DNA of 63,974 nt, the filler included, from Blastocystis sp. subtype 4 (taxonomy: Eukaryota), in the NCBI RefSeq assembly GCF_000743755.1. It is 4 parts of 4 records of this genome, joined end to end, with 100 filler letters (N's around TTAATTAATTAA, not from the genome) between each part and the next. Parts side by side here need not be neighbours in the genome. Positions count along the whole stretch, not along the records: positions 1 to 18,180 come from NW_014569329.1; 3 more parts are not named here. One strand, written 5' to 3'. How positions within the stretch are numbered: the stretch's first letter is position 1; each line of letters opens with the position of its first letter. Below are positions 1 to 12,071 of this stretch, one piece after another. Under the pieces are notes generated by a model. It did no database searches, was not told the origin of the DNA, and saw nothing but the letters and a program-made list of their open reading frames with translations. Made by a program: the position numbers and the translations under genes.

Positions 1-112
1 GATATTGCTAATCAATTGGCCTCGTCCTTGACTTGTATCGGTTCCATCCTTCAGAAGGATGATTTGAGGTTGCTATAGAATCAGCAAGAACAGTACTCAC
101 ATCTACCATCAT
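1..112 (-). CDS. CCT7: T-complex protein 1 subunit eta, 5' end (runs off window)
   Basis: After removing one ~30-nt GT-AG intron the minus strand reads MM-QPQIILLKDGTDTSQGRGQLISNI, the characteristic CCT-eta N-terminus. Not in the ORF track. Confidence 0.85.
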
Positions 113-243
113 ATAACTCATTCTATTTTATGATTGGACTCTGTGTTATTGAGTTCGTCTTGTTACGCCAATGAGGCACTTCGTTTCTCGGTGCCGCAAG
201 TCACCGAATCCGAACTCGTTTCCTTTCATTCAAATTTCTCAGA

Positions 244-609
244 ATGGTATGCTCTCGCTGTGAGAAGAAGATGGGAAAGTTGGTTGTTCCCGACAAGTGG
301 AAAGATGGAGCTAGGAATGCAAACCCTGGAGGTATCTCTATTTCTATTTCCTTAACACTGCAGAAGAAAGTGGGTCACACACAGGACCTCAGCGGACAAT
401 TGATCGTTCAAAGAAGAGTTCAGGGTATTTTTTCGTTTTATTGATTAATATGCAGTTCAGATCCCATAGGAAAGAGTTGTCGAATTTGCAAGGTTGCAAT
501 TGACCCCTTCTATAACTACTGTACGACATGCGCATACAAGAAGGGAATTTGTGCTCGTTGTGGGAGAAAGGTACAAGATACGAAGTTTATGAAACTCTCC
601 AATAAGTAG
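244..609 (+). CDS. CRIPT: Cysteine-rich PDZ-binding protein CRIPT (2 introns)
   Basis: MVCSRCEKKMGKLVVPDKWKDGARN ... CRICKVAIDPFYNYCTTCAYKKGICARCGRKVQDTK matches the CRIPT Cys pattern; TAG at 607-609. Confidence 0.88.
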
Positions 610-642
610 TTGTGTATCATCATGTGTTTGTACAAACAATGG

Positions 643-2170
643 TTATTCATTCTTCAGAAACTTTGTAGTCGCTAAGCGATCCGTCCATTGTCTCAGAAGC
701 TCAGCAGCTGCCAAATAAGCATTGTAAATGAACCCTTTAAAGTCTCCAATTATTGTTCCTTGACGATAGGATTGAAGAATTGCATCACACCAACCCCGAA
801 ACGTATCATTCCTCCCATATAGAGCTCTGCATCCTAAAAGAATACCCATTGTGTAGACTACATATCGTAGATGGAATCGGTGTCGTGGTTTGTCATTCAT
901 AATAATCTCATAGGTACGATCCTTCTCCTTTGTTCCTTCAGCAGCCTTCTTCTTCGATTCCTCTACTGACATTTCTCCAGGACGAAGAACCATATGACCT
1001 TGGAATGAGGAACGTACAAAGATCCTACGTTTTTGAGGCAATCCAAAATCATCCGTTTCTCCGACATTCATAACAAAAACACGATTCTTGAATTCATATT
1101 TCACATACAACCGCTTGTTCTGGATATTACTGTTCGAGTGTTACCTACCTCTCCCACAGCACAATCGTAGAAACCAGGAAGCGAAGAAAGCGTCTGCTGA
1201 CGTGTCGCTCCATTAACTGAGGATCATGATCCAACAATATATATACCTCGATGAATGATGTGAGAATTCTCAATCAAACACATAAGCGGGATCTTGACAT
1301 CTAACACTGGTCCAAAGGCGATGTCAAGAATATTTACGTTTGGATCGGTACTGTATTCAATCGCTCCATAATAAGCACAAACAATGTTCAATCCATCAGG
1401 ACCTTTGCTAAGTTCATTCTCCTCAATCAGGCCAGCCGATACTTTCATGTTCTGAATCAGTTTCATCGATTCCTCTCTGTCGTTCTCATATGCCTGGGGT
1501 TAAGGGACCAACACACTCTTACAAGACGACGATCGGCTTGTTCCTGGGAGAAATGGATGAAGTTATACGTGCATCGTTTTCGCTGATTCAGTAATGTCGA
1601 TTTAGCCTGGTCAACAATATCGTAAATCTTTTGACACTCTTCCTCGAATCCTTCAGGCTTTCTATGGATCAATATTGGGATAAATATAGACTCATAATTA
1701 TGGAAAATCCGTTGGAATCGATCGTGATGATAGAACATGAGCATATTCTTAGCAGCAGCACGAATGTCATTTTCTGATGCCTACATGAATTAGCAAACCA
1801 CAATACACTCCGATACATCAGGATCAAGATCCAAAACTCTGTAGTAGTCAATCTCAGTGTTATCCTCCGTTCTAGGGATTTCTTCAAATGGTTTCAGACC
1901 TAGGACCCTGAGGTATCCACAAGAAACTGTTACCATTCGGAAAGTGAAGCTCTCCCGAATCCGAAGAAAGAAGTGTCGGAACGATAATATGAGGTTCGCT
2001 ACTCTCGTCCTTCATTTCCTTAAGAGAGTTGGTCTGTATAAAGGAATGATTGTGAATGTATTTGAATTTCAAGTCATTAATTGTTTCTATAAGCTGTCTA
2101 CTTTGCGTCTATAGACATATTCAGGATTTGATGGAGATCATCATCAAAGTGCTTTTTTGTTGCCACGTCA
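643..2170 (-). CDS. Protein with DNAJC11 C-terminal (DUF3395) domain; start approximate
   Basis: Spliced exons give GLNIVCAYYG..VLDVKIPLMCLIENS..LPGFYDCAVGENKRLYVKYEF..FGLPQK, the DUF3395 pattern. No HPD J-domain seen. Stop followed by TGTTTGTA on the minus strand. Confidence 0.6.
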
Positions 2171-2379
2171 TCGTCTCCTTCCTTCACTATCCAATTCTTA
2201 CTTTGCTCTATTTTCCCTCACTTTCCACGGTAGACAGAATATGGAATGAGAAATAAAATAAAAGAGACAATTATAGAGACTTTGGATTCTTGTTTATAAT
2301 GAGATTCTGCCGTGAGTGATTTCAAGAACAACCAAAAAGATTCTTCTTGAGTGTCTTCATTGCCCCTCAGGTATTTCAA

Positions 2380-3711
2380 ATGCGTGAAATTGTCTCTCTT
2401 CATATTGGTCAAGCTGGTATTCAGCTAGGAAGTGATTGCTGGGAACTGTTCTGTCTGGAACACGGAATTAATCCTGATGGTTACAGAGAGAATCAGGAAG
2501 ACCAGAGTGAGAACTATCGTACTTTCTTCAGTGAGTCTGATTCTGGTAAGTTGGTTCCCCGTGCCGTATTCGTGGATCTGGAGCCTACTGTCATTAATCA
2601 GATTCGTAATGGTCCCTCTCGTAACCTCTATCATCCTGATCAGCTGATTTCTGGCAAGGAAGATGCTGCTAACAATTATGCTCGTGGCCATTACACTATT
2701 GGTAAGGAGTATGTGGATGTAGTGATGGATCGTCTGCGTCGTATCGCTGATGCTTGTGACTCCATTCAGGGTTTCCTCATTTTCAACTCTGTCGGTGGAG
2801 GTACTGGATCTGGTTTCGGATCTCTCTTGCTGGAGAGATTGACTGTGGACTATGGTAAGAAATCGAAGCTCGGTTTCTCGATCTATCCTTCTCCTCTTCT
2901 GGGAACCTCCGTAGTGGAACCCTATAACGCTGTTCTGAGCACTCACAACCTCCTTGAGAACACTGAACTCACTGTGGTTCTGGATAATGAGGCTATTTAC
3001 GACATCTGCCGCAACAACCTCAGCATCGAGAGACCTACTTACACAAATCTCAACAGATTGATTGCTCAGGTCATTTCTTCAATGACTGCTTCTCTCCGTT
3101 TCAGCGGTGCTTTGAATATGGATATCAATGAGTTCCAGACCAATCTGGTCCCTTATCCTCGTATTCACTTTATGCTCTCTTCGTATGCTCCTGTGATCAC
3201 ACCTCGTAGAGCTCTGATGGAGAACATGTCTGTGGCTGAGATCACAAGTCAGGTGTTTGACAGCAACAGCATGATGTGCAAGTGTGATCCTCGTCGTGGC
3301 AAGTTCATGGCTTGTTGTCTTATGTATCGTGGTGCAGTGACTCCCAAGGATGTTACAGCTGCTGTGACCTCGATCAAGAACAAAAAGACTGTACAGTTCG
3401 TGGATTGGTGTCCTACTGGATTTAAGTGTGGAATCAATAGCCAGCCTCCGATGCAGATCAAGGAAAGTGAAATGGGCAAGGTTCCTCGTGCTGTGTGCAT
3501 GCTGTCTAACAACACAGCTATCTCGGACGTCTTCGGTCGTATGAACCAGAAGTTCGATCTCATGTACGCTAAGCGTGCTTTCGTCCATTACTATGTGAGT
3601 GAAGGTATGGAAGAGGGAGAGTTCGCTGAAGCTAGAGAGGATCTTGCTTCTCTGGAGAAGGATTATGAGGAGGTTGCTCTGGAGGAAGAGTACATGGAAC
3701 AGGAGCTGTAG
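2380..3711 (+). CDS. TUBA: Alpha-tubulin (divergent, intronless)
   Basis: [13 protein letters not shown] start, GGGTGSG motif, [30 protein letters not shown]. Confidence 0.97.
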   Translation: MREIVSLHIGQAGIQLGSDCWELFCLEHGINPDGYRENQEDQSENYRTFFSESDSGKLVPRAVFVDLEPTVINQIRNGPSRNLYHPDQLISGKEDAANNYARGHYTIGKEYVDVVMDRLRRIADACDSIQGFLIFNSVGGGTGSGFGSLLLERLTVDYGKKSKLGFSIYPSPLLGTSVVEPYNAVLSTHNLLENTELTVVLDNEAIYDICRNNLSIERPTYTNLNRLIAQVISSMTASLRFSGALNMDINEFQTNLVPYPRIHFMLSSYAPVITPRRALMENMSVAEITSQVFDSNSMMCKCDPRRGKFMACCLMYRGAVTPKDVTAAVTSIKNKKTVQFVDWCPTGFKCGINSQPPMQIKESEMGKVPRAVCMLSNNTAISDVFGRMNQKFDLMYAKRAFVHYYVSEGMEEGEFAEAREDLASLEKDYEEVALEEEYMEQEL

Positions 3712-3713
3712 AC

Positions 3714-3721
3714 TGTTTGTT
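3714..3721 (+). terminator. TGTTTGTT polyadenylation-directing element (example; recurs at most gene ends)
   Basis: The same or a near-identical 8-mer follows stop codons at e.g. 4378, 9157, 12367, 15594, 26231, 27614 (+) and 39525-39532, 48667-48674 (-). Confidence 0.85.
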
Positions 3722-3750
3722 AGAAATAATCCTAGATTCATTTCCTCGAT

Positions 3751-4369
3751 ATGGCAATCTATACACAGGATGAATGGAGACCTCTTTTTATCATTGTTCA
3801 GATCATAGCAAATCAGGTCGAACTTAGAATCATGTAATCATGTGTAGTGTTGGTTCTACGCCATCTGGATGACGATTCATTATATGGCTGCTCTTCTACT
3901 TCGAATGCCAACTACCTTTTCTATATCGTTCTTCTTCACAGACTATGTACCTAGTATCCATTTATTTGAACTGTAGGAATTCAATATTGTTGATATGCAT
4001 TTCTATCTTATTATTCTGGAACTAACAATCACTTGTTTCATCATGTACGAGTAGAATGGATTTGTTCCTTTTAGGGTTCCCATTGTTGTTTATATTGCTG
4101 AGAGAGCGAAGAAGTGCTTTGATTTCTGTTCAACCATCTTCATAATTCATCTCTTCATCTGCATCTGTTTTTATGTAAGTATGTGGATTTTGATTGATCA
4201 GAAGGGAATTCCGTTGAATTTTTACTGGTGGGGAACAATGCTATGTTGTATGATTGGACTAACTCTTCTTAGTAATTGAGTGTGAGTGGTCTTAGTTGTA
4301 GCGGAGCGAGTATCAGCAAGACGGGAATTGCAGGACATCTTAGTTGAAGACATTTTGGAAACTGTATAA
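3751..4369 (+). CDS. SYS1: Golgi integral membrane protein SYS1 (multi-intron)
   Basis: Spliced: MAIYTQDEWRPLFIIVQIIANQ ... IAERAKKCFDFCSTIFIIHLFIC ... YWWGTM ... AERVSARRELQDI. Absent from the ORF track because of short exons. Confidence 0.8.
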
Positions 4370-4428
4370 TAGAGTCTTGTTTGTTGAAAAAGTTCAAATG
4401 AGAAACAGTTCCATTGATTTGTTAACCT

Positions 4429-6613
4429 ATGAAGGAACGTGCTTCAAAGAAACGACGACGATCCAAGAAGTATGTTGAAGATGAATTAGAGTTCCGATGG
4501 AAAGATGCGGGTATTGAACGGAATGGTGAGGGTTAGATTGGTGTATAATGTGTTAGAGATTACCTTTCATGAATGTTTAGCACATGGCGATATGATATTC
4601 CATATTGGGGATGCTGTTGAACTACTGTCTTCAACGAAACAAGTATCAACCGAAGGAGATTACAAGGTATGAATGAAATAAAACAAAATAGCAATTAGAA
4701 GAGTTGGATTGCCGAGATTGAAACAATGTGGGAAGCAACGGATGGAAGCAAATGGATGGAATGTAGATGGTACTATGCGATCAATGACATTGCTCAATCG
4801 TCTAGACCACCATATCGTAAGAGGTATGTTTCTCTATGTGGGAATAAGGGTTAGAGAGCTTTTTGAAACGGATCATGTTAGCAATAATCCAGTCGAGTCA
4901 ATTGTGGATATAGTCAATGTAGTATCCCCCAGTGAGTGGGAATCTCTTTCTGAAGAGGAGAAGAATCGCCAGTTTTTCTGTGAATTCATCTATTCCGTCA
5001 AAACCACCTATATTCATCCAATCTATGGTAAGAGAGATTAAAACACTCATATCTAGATTTCTCTTTGGAGAAAAAGAAAGAACGAATCCGGCTATACTCT
5101 CTAATGTCGTCAAAACCTGTTGCCAAATCTAGACGTCGTTCACCTGCCCCTACATCTCCTGTTGATCAATTGGAGAACGCTAAAACTCATCTCCAACTGT
5201 CTTGGGTTCCTTCTCACATTCCTTGTCGAGAAGAGGAACATCGCCAAATTGAGACTTATTTGCGGAATAGCATCAAACAGAAGGGAAATGGTTCTCCACT
5301 GTATGTATCAGGAATGCCAGGAACAGGAAAAACAGCCACAGTGCGTGAAGTGATTCTCGGTTTGCAAGATGAACTGAATTTTGATGTAGGTTCTGGAAAT
5401 AGTGATAATCGAAGTATATGGAGCTGAATGGAATGAAAGTGACCTCGGCAGCTTCGGTGTTTTCGATGATGTACCACCACTTGACAAGGAAGTATGTGAT
5501 GGCCTCTAGAGCTTCAGATGTTTGGATTTGATTGGTTTTTGACTCCTAGCTATTGAATGACTATTTCATGAAACCAAAGAGTAGGTATGAATGAAAGAAT
5601 TCAGAGAAAGAGCGAGAAAGAGTATTAGTTGTGTTAGCAGATGAGTTGGACTATCTGTTCACGAAGAACCAACAAGTTATTTACAAATTATTTGATTGGC
5701 CGAATGAACCAAATTCTCAATTGATAGTGATTGTCGTAATCGACTTTATTGATTACTTATAGGGTATTTCCAACACTATAGACTTGCCAGAACGAATCAT
5801 GTCATTGAGGAACATTAGTCGATTATCCATGAATCGAATCTCCTTTAAACCCTATTCACGACAGCAGATTGCAACCATCATTAATGTGAGTCCTCTTGAT
5901 TGATATTAGAGGTAGGATCGTCTACAGGAATGCTCTGTATTTACTCCAGAGGCTATTGATTTGTGCAGTCGCAAGGTGAGTGCCGTAAGTGGCGATGTCC
6001 GACGGGCTCTAGCTATTGCTCGGTATCAATGATCATCACAGGTGATTTCATAGAAGAGGAATTGAAATTGCTTTAGAGAGAGGAGAAACAAAGTATTAAT
6101 ATGTGGGAGGGTTGATGGTAGAGTAACAATTGGAATCATTTCAGAAGCAGCTAAAGAACATGTAGAAAGTTATAAAATGAGTGTAGGATATTGGAAAGAC
6201 GGAAATTCATAGTTGCTTCAACATTGTTCAAAATATCAAGTCTTGTTGTTAATTTCTATTGTTTTACATATGAATGCAATTGGCGTTGATTTTGTTCTTA
6301 TTTCTGATGTATTTCATTTACTAGTGATTCCAATCTAGATATATTCTCGAATGAGTGCACTTGCTTCCAGGTACTGTAACAAAGAGTTACTCTATCCTGA
6401 GTTGCAGGAGATTGCTGCTTCATTGGCCTCTGTAGGCATTATATCTATAGTTCCTCCGTCAACAAAAGTAGTGAAAGGTGGTGGAATTCACAGTAGTTTG
6501 ATACGCTATTCAAGCTAAACATTCAAGCGGATGATGTGTGTTATGCACTAAAAGATGACGAAATTGCAAAGAAAGAGTTGAGCATTCTAGGTTTCTTACA
6601 TTTTTGTTTCTAA
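4429..6613 (+). CDS. ORC1: Origin recognition complex subunit 1 (BAH + AAA+ domains)
   Basis: BAH-like exon (ELFETDHVSNNPVESIVDIVNV), LYVSGMPGTGKTATV Walker A, DELDYL Walker B, GISNTIDLPER, SGDVRRAL. Confidence 0.9.
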
Positions 6614-6785
6614 AACTACTTTCTGTTCTCAGGGCAGAGATTCGACTCTTCTAGTTCTCTGCTAGTTACCTGTTTTAAGTGATTGTGTGATCTTACTTTC
6701 TAACCTCACGAATAGATTTTTGTTTGCATAACCAGATTGTACCAGGGACTGTAATAAAGTTACTACATTCTTAGACCGAGTATCA

Positions 6786-8695
6786 ATGGTTCTTGAAACT
6801 TCCAATAGTAACAGTAACTCCCATGAAAAGGTAGTTTGCTAAGGTATACAAGTCAGTTTTAGGGGTATTCAGGCTCTCATGAGCCTTCAAATTCAACTTC
6901 GTCGTTGAATTCGATAGGTAATATATGTAATTATCAGGAAGATTGTTTGTCTCCATCCTTTTGGGACTATGTATGGATTATCTGGTTTGACCATTTGTAG
7001 GAAGGCATTCCGTATGATGCAATAAGTCAGATCATGAATGCCGATGAATACGACAAGTCTTGTGTTTCTGTCAAGCTTGAAAATGATAAGAAGCAACGCT
7101 CTTTGTATTCCTCTTCACTGTTGGAAATTTGTTACTATCTGATAGATAGAATGCGGGATGGTTTGATAGACGACGAAAATGGCAATCTTCTCCTGTATTG
7201 TGGTTCTGTAATATATACTAAAAACAATTGTTATCGTGTTATTAACTTTATTGATGGAGGTACATTTGGCCAAACCTATAAATGTCGCCACGTGGATAGT
7301 GGACAATTGGTGGCGATCAAGGTAGTCAGATCACTTCCTAAGTTCTATGAGCAAGGAAATAACGAGTATTTGGCGCTTAAATGGATTTCAGAACAACCTC
7401 GTAACAATACAAATTTCCTAATCTATCTTCTTGATTACACTATCTTACATTTTCATCATGTGTTTGTATTTCCTCTGTATGCTTTCTCTCTGTATCATGT
7501 AATATATTTGACTTCTCAAGGATTATCATTGCATGTTATTCGAAATATTGCTTATGAAGTGAGTTATATGTTGTTCATTCAATATAGACATTACAAGCTC
7601 TCACCTTTCTTCACCAACATGGCATTATCCATACAGATGTGAAACCAGAGAATATTATGTTTTCAAGGAATTCACTCGAGTTACTCCTCATCCTCTAATT
7701 CACATATAGTCTTCGGAATAATCCTATTCGTTTGATCGATTTAGGATCCTGTGCAAACGATACACCGAGACCTACTGCTTTGTGTCAAAGTCTCTATTAC
7801 CGAGCACCTGAAGTAACATTATGTCTAGGATATGATACCTCCATTGACATCTGGTCGTTAGGATGTGTTTTGGTGGAACTGTTTTTAGGAAGACCCCTCT
7901 TCAAAGGTAATTCGGATCTCGAAGTACTTAGTCTAATTGAGTCTTGTGTGGTTGGTGAGAGTTGGCGAATTGATGGTTAGGGACCGATTCCCGCAGAGTT
8001 AGTTATACGGAGTCAAATGCGTTCTGATTTCTTTGTGAGTGATAGTAACGACATTTTTCATGTAAAACCGCTCTCTTCAGAACGAGAATCGAAGATTAGG
8101 CCATATCGTTTTTAGTACAGAATAACCGTGGAAATAAGATCTAGTTATGAAGATATGATTCGTTATCGGTTCCAGATTGATATATTGGAGGGGAAAGAAC
8201 AAGAACCTGAAGCAAGTCAATTTCTTCAGTTTTTGAAGTTCTTGTTGTGTCCGAATCCCTGCAACCGACATCCTGCACACTGTCTTTTGCAGCATCCGTT
8301 TATTACTGTATTTATAAGAAGGCAGATTGATGAGTAGGGATCTTCGAGTCCATATTCTCCTATTTTTGCTTTTCATTGTTCATTATAGTTCGATGTACTA
8401 TTGAGGTCTGAAGTCTAGTGATGCTCAGAATCATTATGGTTGTTATGTTGGTGTCCCTCTGGTTTCACCAACCATACCTCCTATGCCAGTTACAATTACG
8501 GCTCTACCTTATGGAACTATGTTATGTGATCCCTTGAGGGGAACGATAAGTATCGACTCTTTCTATCGTTCTCCAGGATATTGTTCAAGAGTTTATGACA
8601 AACAAAACCGAAATCAGAAACAAATGGGCGGTTGGAGTTCTGATATTAGTCAAGTATCGATGCATCAGTGGAATATAACGAGAAAACGCAAATAA
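6786..8695 (+). CDS. DYRK/YAK1-like CMGC protein kinase
   Basis: GGTFGQTYKC, VAIKVVRS, IIHTDVKPENIM, IDLGSC, QSLYYRAPEV, IDIWSLGC. Confidence 0.8.
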
Positions 8696-8744
8696 TGTTG
8701 ATGTCCATTAGTTTCATTCTCTTCATATTTCCAGGTGTTTCTTG

Positions 8745-9150
8745 ATGAACTCAAACTTACAGAAACGTTCCTTAGATCCAGATACAACAAAGTCAAAACA
8801 TCGTCGAGAGGATAGTGGATGTGGGCAAGGGGTCTGATTTCTGTAGAGCCAGCAAACTTCTTTCATGGGAATGAAGATACAACCTTTTTTAATCGGAAAT
8901 TGTGTTACATTTGCCAGACTCCCAACAAAGCGACTTGTATTCATGTGCATATTTATAATAGACGATAGGTACCTGTGTATCTTGCAAAAAACAGTTCTGC
9001 GAAGACTGTATCCGAACTTGTAGTAGTTGTCGCCATCCTGTTTGTACACTATGTTCGAATTTAAAGTGAAGTTGACTGTTTCATATGAGGCATAGTTTTG
9101 ATACTGGAAGTGAATGTGTGATATGTATCGACTGTTCATGTTCTCTTTAG
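8745..9150 (+). CDS. Siva-like zinc-finger protein (3 introns)
   Basis: Spliced plus strand: ...LCYICQTPNKATCTCVSCKKQFCEDCIRTCSSCRHPVCTLCSNLNFDTGSECVICIDCSCSL*, the Siva C-terminal Cys spacing; TGTTTGTT follows at 9157. Confidence 0.72.
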
Positions 9151-9190
9151 GATTCTTGTTTGTTCTGCACTGTTTGATACAAACAGAATT

Positions 9191-11387
9191 TCACGCTGTT
9201 CTTGCCTTTTCGTATTGAAAAAGGCGATTCCACAAATCTTCCACGCTACTATTCATATCTAAAACAGGTTCATGAACTGTCTCCTCAGTTATACTAAGTC
9301 CTCCCAACCAAGAGAAGAAACTATGATTATCGTCTTGTTCACGGAATTTGTCCACTTCTTTCAGAATACACACTCGTTGTTCATCCTGTGACAGATTCTA
9401 CACTTCCAGTCAATTTCTATTCCTACCAGTTTCTCCATCAAGGTCTTTAGTGCAGCACCTCCTCGTGTTGATGTAAGATAGGTGATAAGCAGTTGTCGAA
9501 GTTGTCTTTGTTCGAGAGTATTTTTCTCATTCTCCTGCTTTGCTTCTTGCTGTGCATCGCGTGTGAGGATTCGTAGCTTCCGCAGTTCATGATCCATAAT
9601 CTCCACACGAGATTGCAGATCTGTTACTTCCTTCTGCAACATCTCACAGGAAGAACAAGACTCGTGGGACTCTTTTGGAGATGCAGGAGATTCAAATTCC
9701 TTCCCTTTAGTTGGAGAAAGAACCTGTTCAGATTTCGTCTCTCTAGCCTCATTCTTCATCTGCCCCTCTGCTGACATCTCAGTCGATCCTGCTGGTGCTT
9801 CATTGGACCCTGCTGACATTCCACTGGATGCCGCTGTGTAAACAGCGAGCGAGGCCTGTAGATTCCCCACACACAGCTGAGCAAAGTTCAGATCATCCTG
9901 TGCATTCTTCAGTTGAACTTCCTGCTGCTTTAGCTTAGCCTCCAACTCACTATGCTGTTCAACGACTCTCTCATAAGCAGCCTTCATCGCATCTCTCTCC
10001 TTCAAACATTCATTCAATTGGCTCTTCAAACTCTCCACCTCCTCCAGCTCCTTCTTATGCAACAACCGCTCCTCCAGTAACTCATCATTCTCACTCTTAA
10101 AGGCTGCCAACTGGAAGTTCAGAGACTCGATCTCATTCACCTTCTTATTCATTTCTTTCCTCAACGTCTCTGTATCTCCAGCCTCTTCATACTCACGAAT
10201 AATTGATTCCAACTTGTGTTTGTCGTTGCGCAATCCAGTGAGTTGATCTTCATACTCCTGTTCTTTCCTCAGACACTCTCGCATTTCATTTCGCAGGGAT
10301 TCGTAACGTCGTTCTGCTGTGTTGACACTCATCACACTTCGCTCCTTCTCCTTAGCTAAGGTTGCTGTCATATCACTCAATTCCGAGGTCATCTTTTCAT
10401 TCTCCTCTTGGAGCTGTTTAGCTCGATCTAGAGACTGTGTAAAGGAGGCTTCATTTACTGAAACATCCTCTTTCAGAAGTGCGCTCATTAATGTCGTTAG
10501 TTGCATCTGCTGCTGGTCATACTGCTCTCGAACCTTCTGAAGCTCTGCAACAGAGGTTTGAAGGGCCTGCTGAACAGTGGTCACACCAGTGAAGACTCCA
10601 TCAAGACAGATGTACATTTCCCCTGAAATAGAAGAAGGGGGCGGAGACAGTGTGAGTTTCAGGGCTTGAGGAAGAGAATCCAATTGCTCGCGTACCTGTT
10701 GCAGCCAGGACTAGAATGAACGAGCATGAAATTGACATACTGTAATGTCCTCTTTGTTTGGAATAGGAGATATATCAGTTTGTTGCAGACTACTTTCCAC
10801 CCGAATCACTTTCTCCTTCAATATGTTCATTTCTCGCTACAGATGAGAGACTACATTCAACTGCTACAGAACTCTGGTCCTGTTGCTTCTTCATCTGTTC
10901 ATCCTTCTCTTGAATCTGGCTTTGAAGTGCATCAATTTGTTTTTGATACGAACTTACTGCTTCTACACTATGATTTTCACAATCCATTATCACCCTTGAC
11001 CTTAGAAGCAACGATAGAATCTATATCTGCAGGTTCCTTCTTGGTCTAAAATAGAGTAAAGAACAATTTCAAACCTCCTCCAACTCCTTTCGCAATGCGG
11101 TCAACTCATTTTCGCGTTCTTGGATCAGTCGACTGTACTCATGACTGAGATCTTGTGACCGCGTTTCTGATTCTCGGAGTTCTTCCCTCAACTTCAGAGC
11201 CCGATCCTTGTACCTGGTAATGAAAGAAACAATTTGAAAACAACTTTTCCAGTTCCTGTTTCACTAAATCCAATTCCTCTCCCCGAGAAGCACCGTGATC
11301 CTCACCATGTAACGGTATATCACTTTCATAGTCATCTTCATCCTCATAATTGAGGTCATCAACCAGAGAAACGATTCTTGACCACAT
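9191..11387 (-). CDS. Long coiled-coil protein, golgin-like (possible GRIP/GRAB-like C-terminus)
   Basis: Heptad-rich E/K/Q/L exons; C-terminal LRQLLITYLT..LKTLMEKL..SWLGG..LWNRLF resembles GRAB-type golgin tails. Confidence 0.6.
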
Positions 11388-11471
11388 GGTTGAGGAAACA
11401 ATGAAAACAGTTCTGTTTTTGGAATCTGTTTAAACACTTCAATCGTTTTGACTTTCTTCTCAGATCGATTC

Positions 11472-11938
11472 ATGGATAGCAAAGCAACGCTTGCTCAACT
11501 TGTTCGAGAAGATTGCATTATACCAGTGTATCATGTTCCATTCGTATGTGGACGGCACTCCGAAAAGAGTCCTAAAGATTTTATGGATATTTGTATTGAT
11601 GGTGTTGATAAAACGGTTAGTCGAGAGTATGCTATTATTTCCTACTCCAATGAAAAGGTGATGAACTTGAACGTTCAATTATCTTTAGAAATCCTATGTG
11701 ATGGAAGTCAAAGGGAAACAAGGTGCATATGTAAATAGTGAGTGTAGTATCTTAGAGTAACAAGTAGAGAAGATGGTTATTCGAAATGAGAAGTGTTGCT
11801 TGTACAATGGAGATGCAGTGTCCTTATTGAAATGTAAATTCTATTTCATGCTTCCAGAAGAAGCGATAGAGATGAGAGAATCAGTTAAACGGCCAGAAAG
11901 CGAACCGAGTGAAAGTGATTCTAAGCGTCAAGCAATGT
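11472..11938 (+). CDS. FHA-domain protein; stop probably completed by poly(A)
   Basis: FVCGRHS..DKTVSREYAIISY..LYNGDAVSLLKCKFYFMLP FHA pattern; in-frame T at 11938, separated by 4 nt from TGTTTGTT. Confidence 0.7.
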
Positions 11939-12020
11939 TCTATGTTTGTTACAATCAAGAATACCAGATTTACTAACAATACTCTCTTTTTCTGTACAGT
12001 AGAAATCCACAAATCTCGAT

Positions 12021-12034
12021 AGAACCGCGGTTCT
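12021..12034. promoter_or_regulatory. 14-bp palindrome AGAACCGCGGTTCT upstream of NDUFA1
   Basis: Perfect palindrome ending 37 nt before the ATG; identical copy at 23520. Confidence 0.5.
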
Positions 12035-12071
12035 CTCGATTTCCTCATATTTGCGATAAGAGACTGTAACC

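Noticed and set aside
2425..3741. Long antisense ORFs over tubulin (and similar ones over H3, AP3D, IF2 and the repeat at 56130-56690)
   Set aside because: These are codon-bias shadows of the real genes, with no independent motifs.
8723..9139. 138-aa minus-strand ORF
   Set aside because: It is an antisense shadow of the spliced plus-strand Siva-like gene; the 3' signal is on +.
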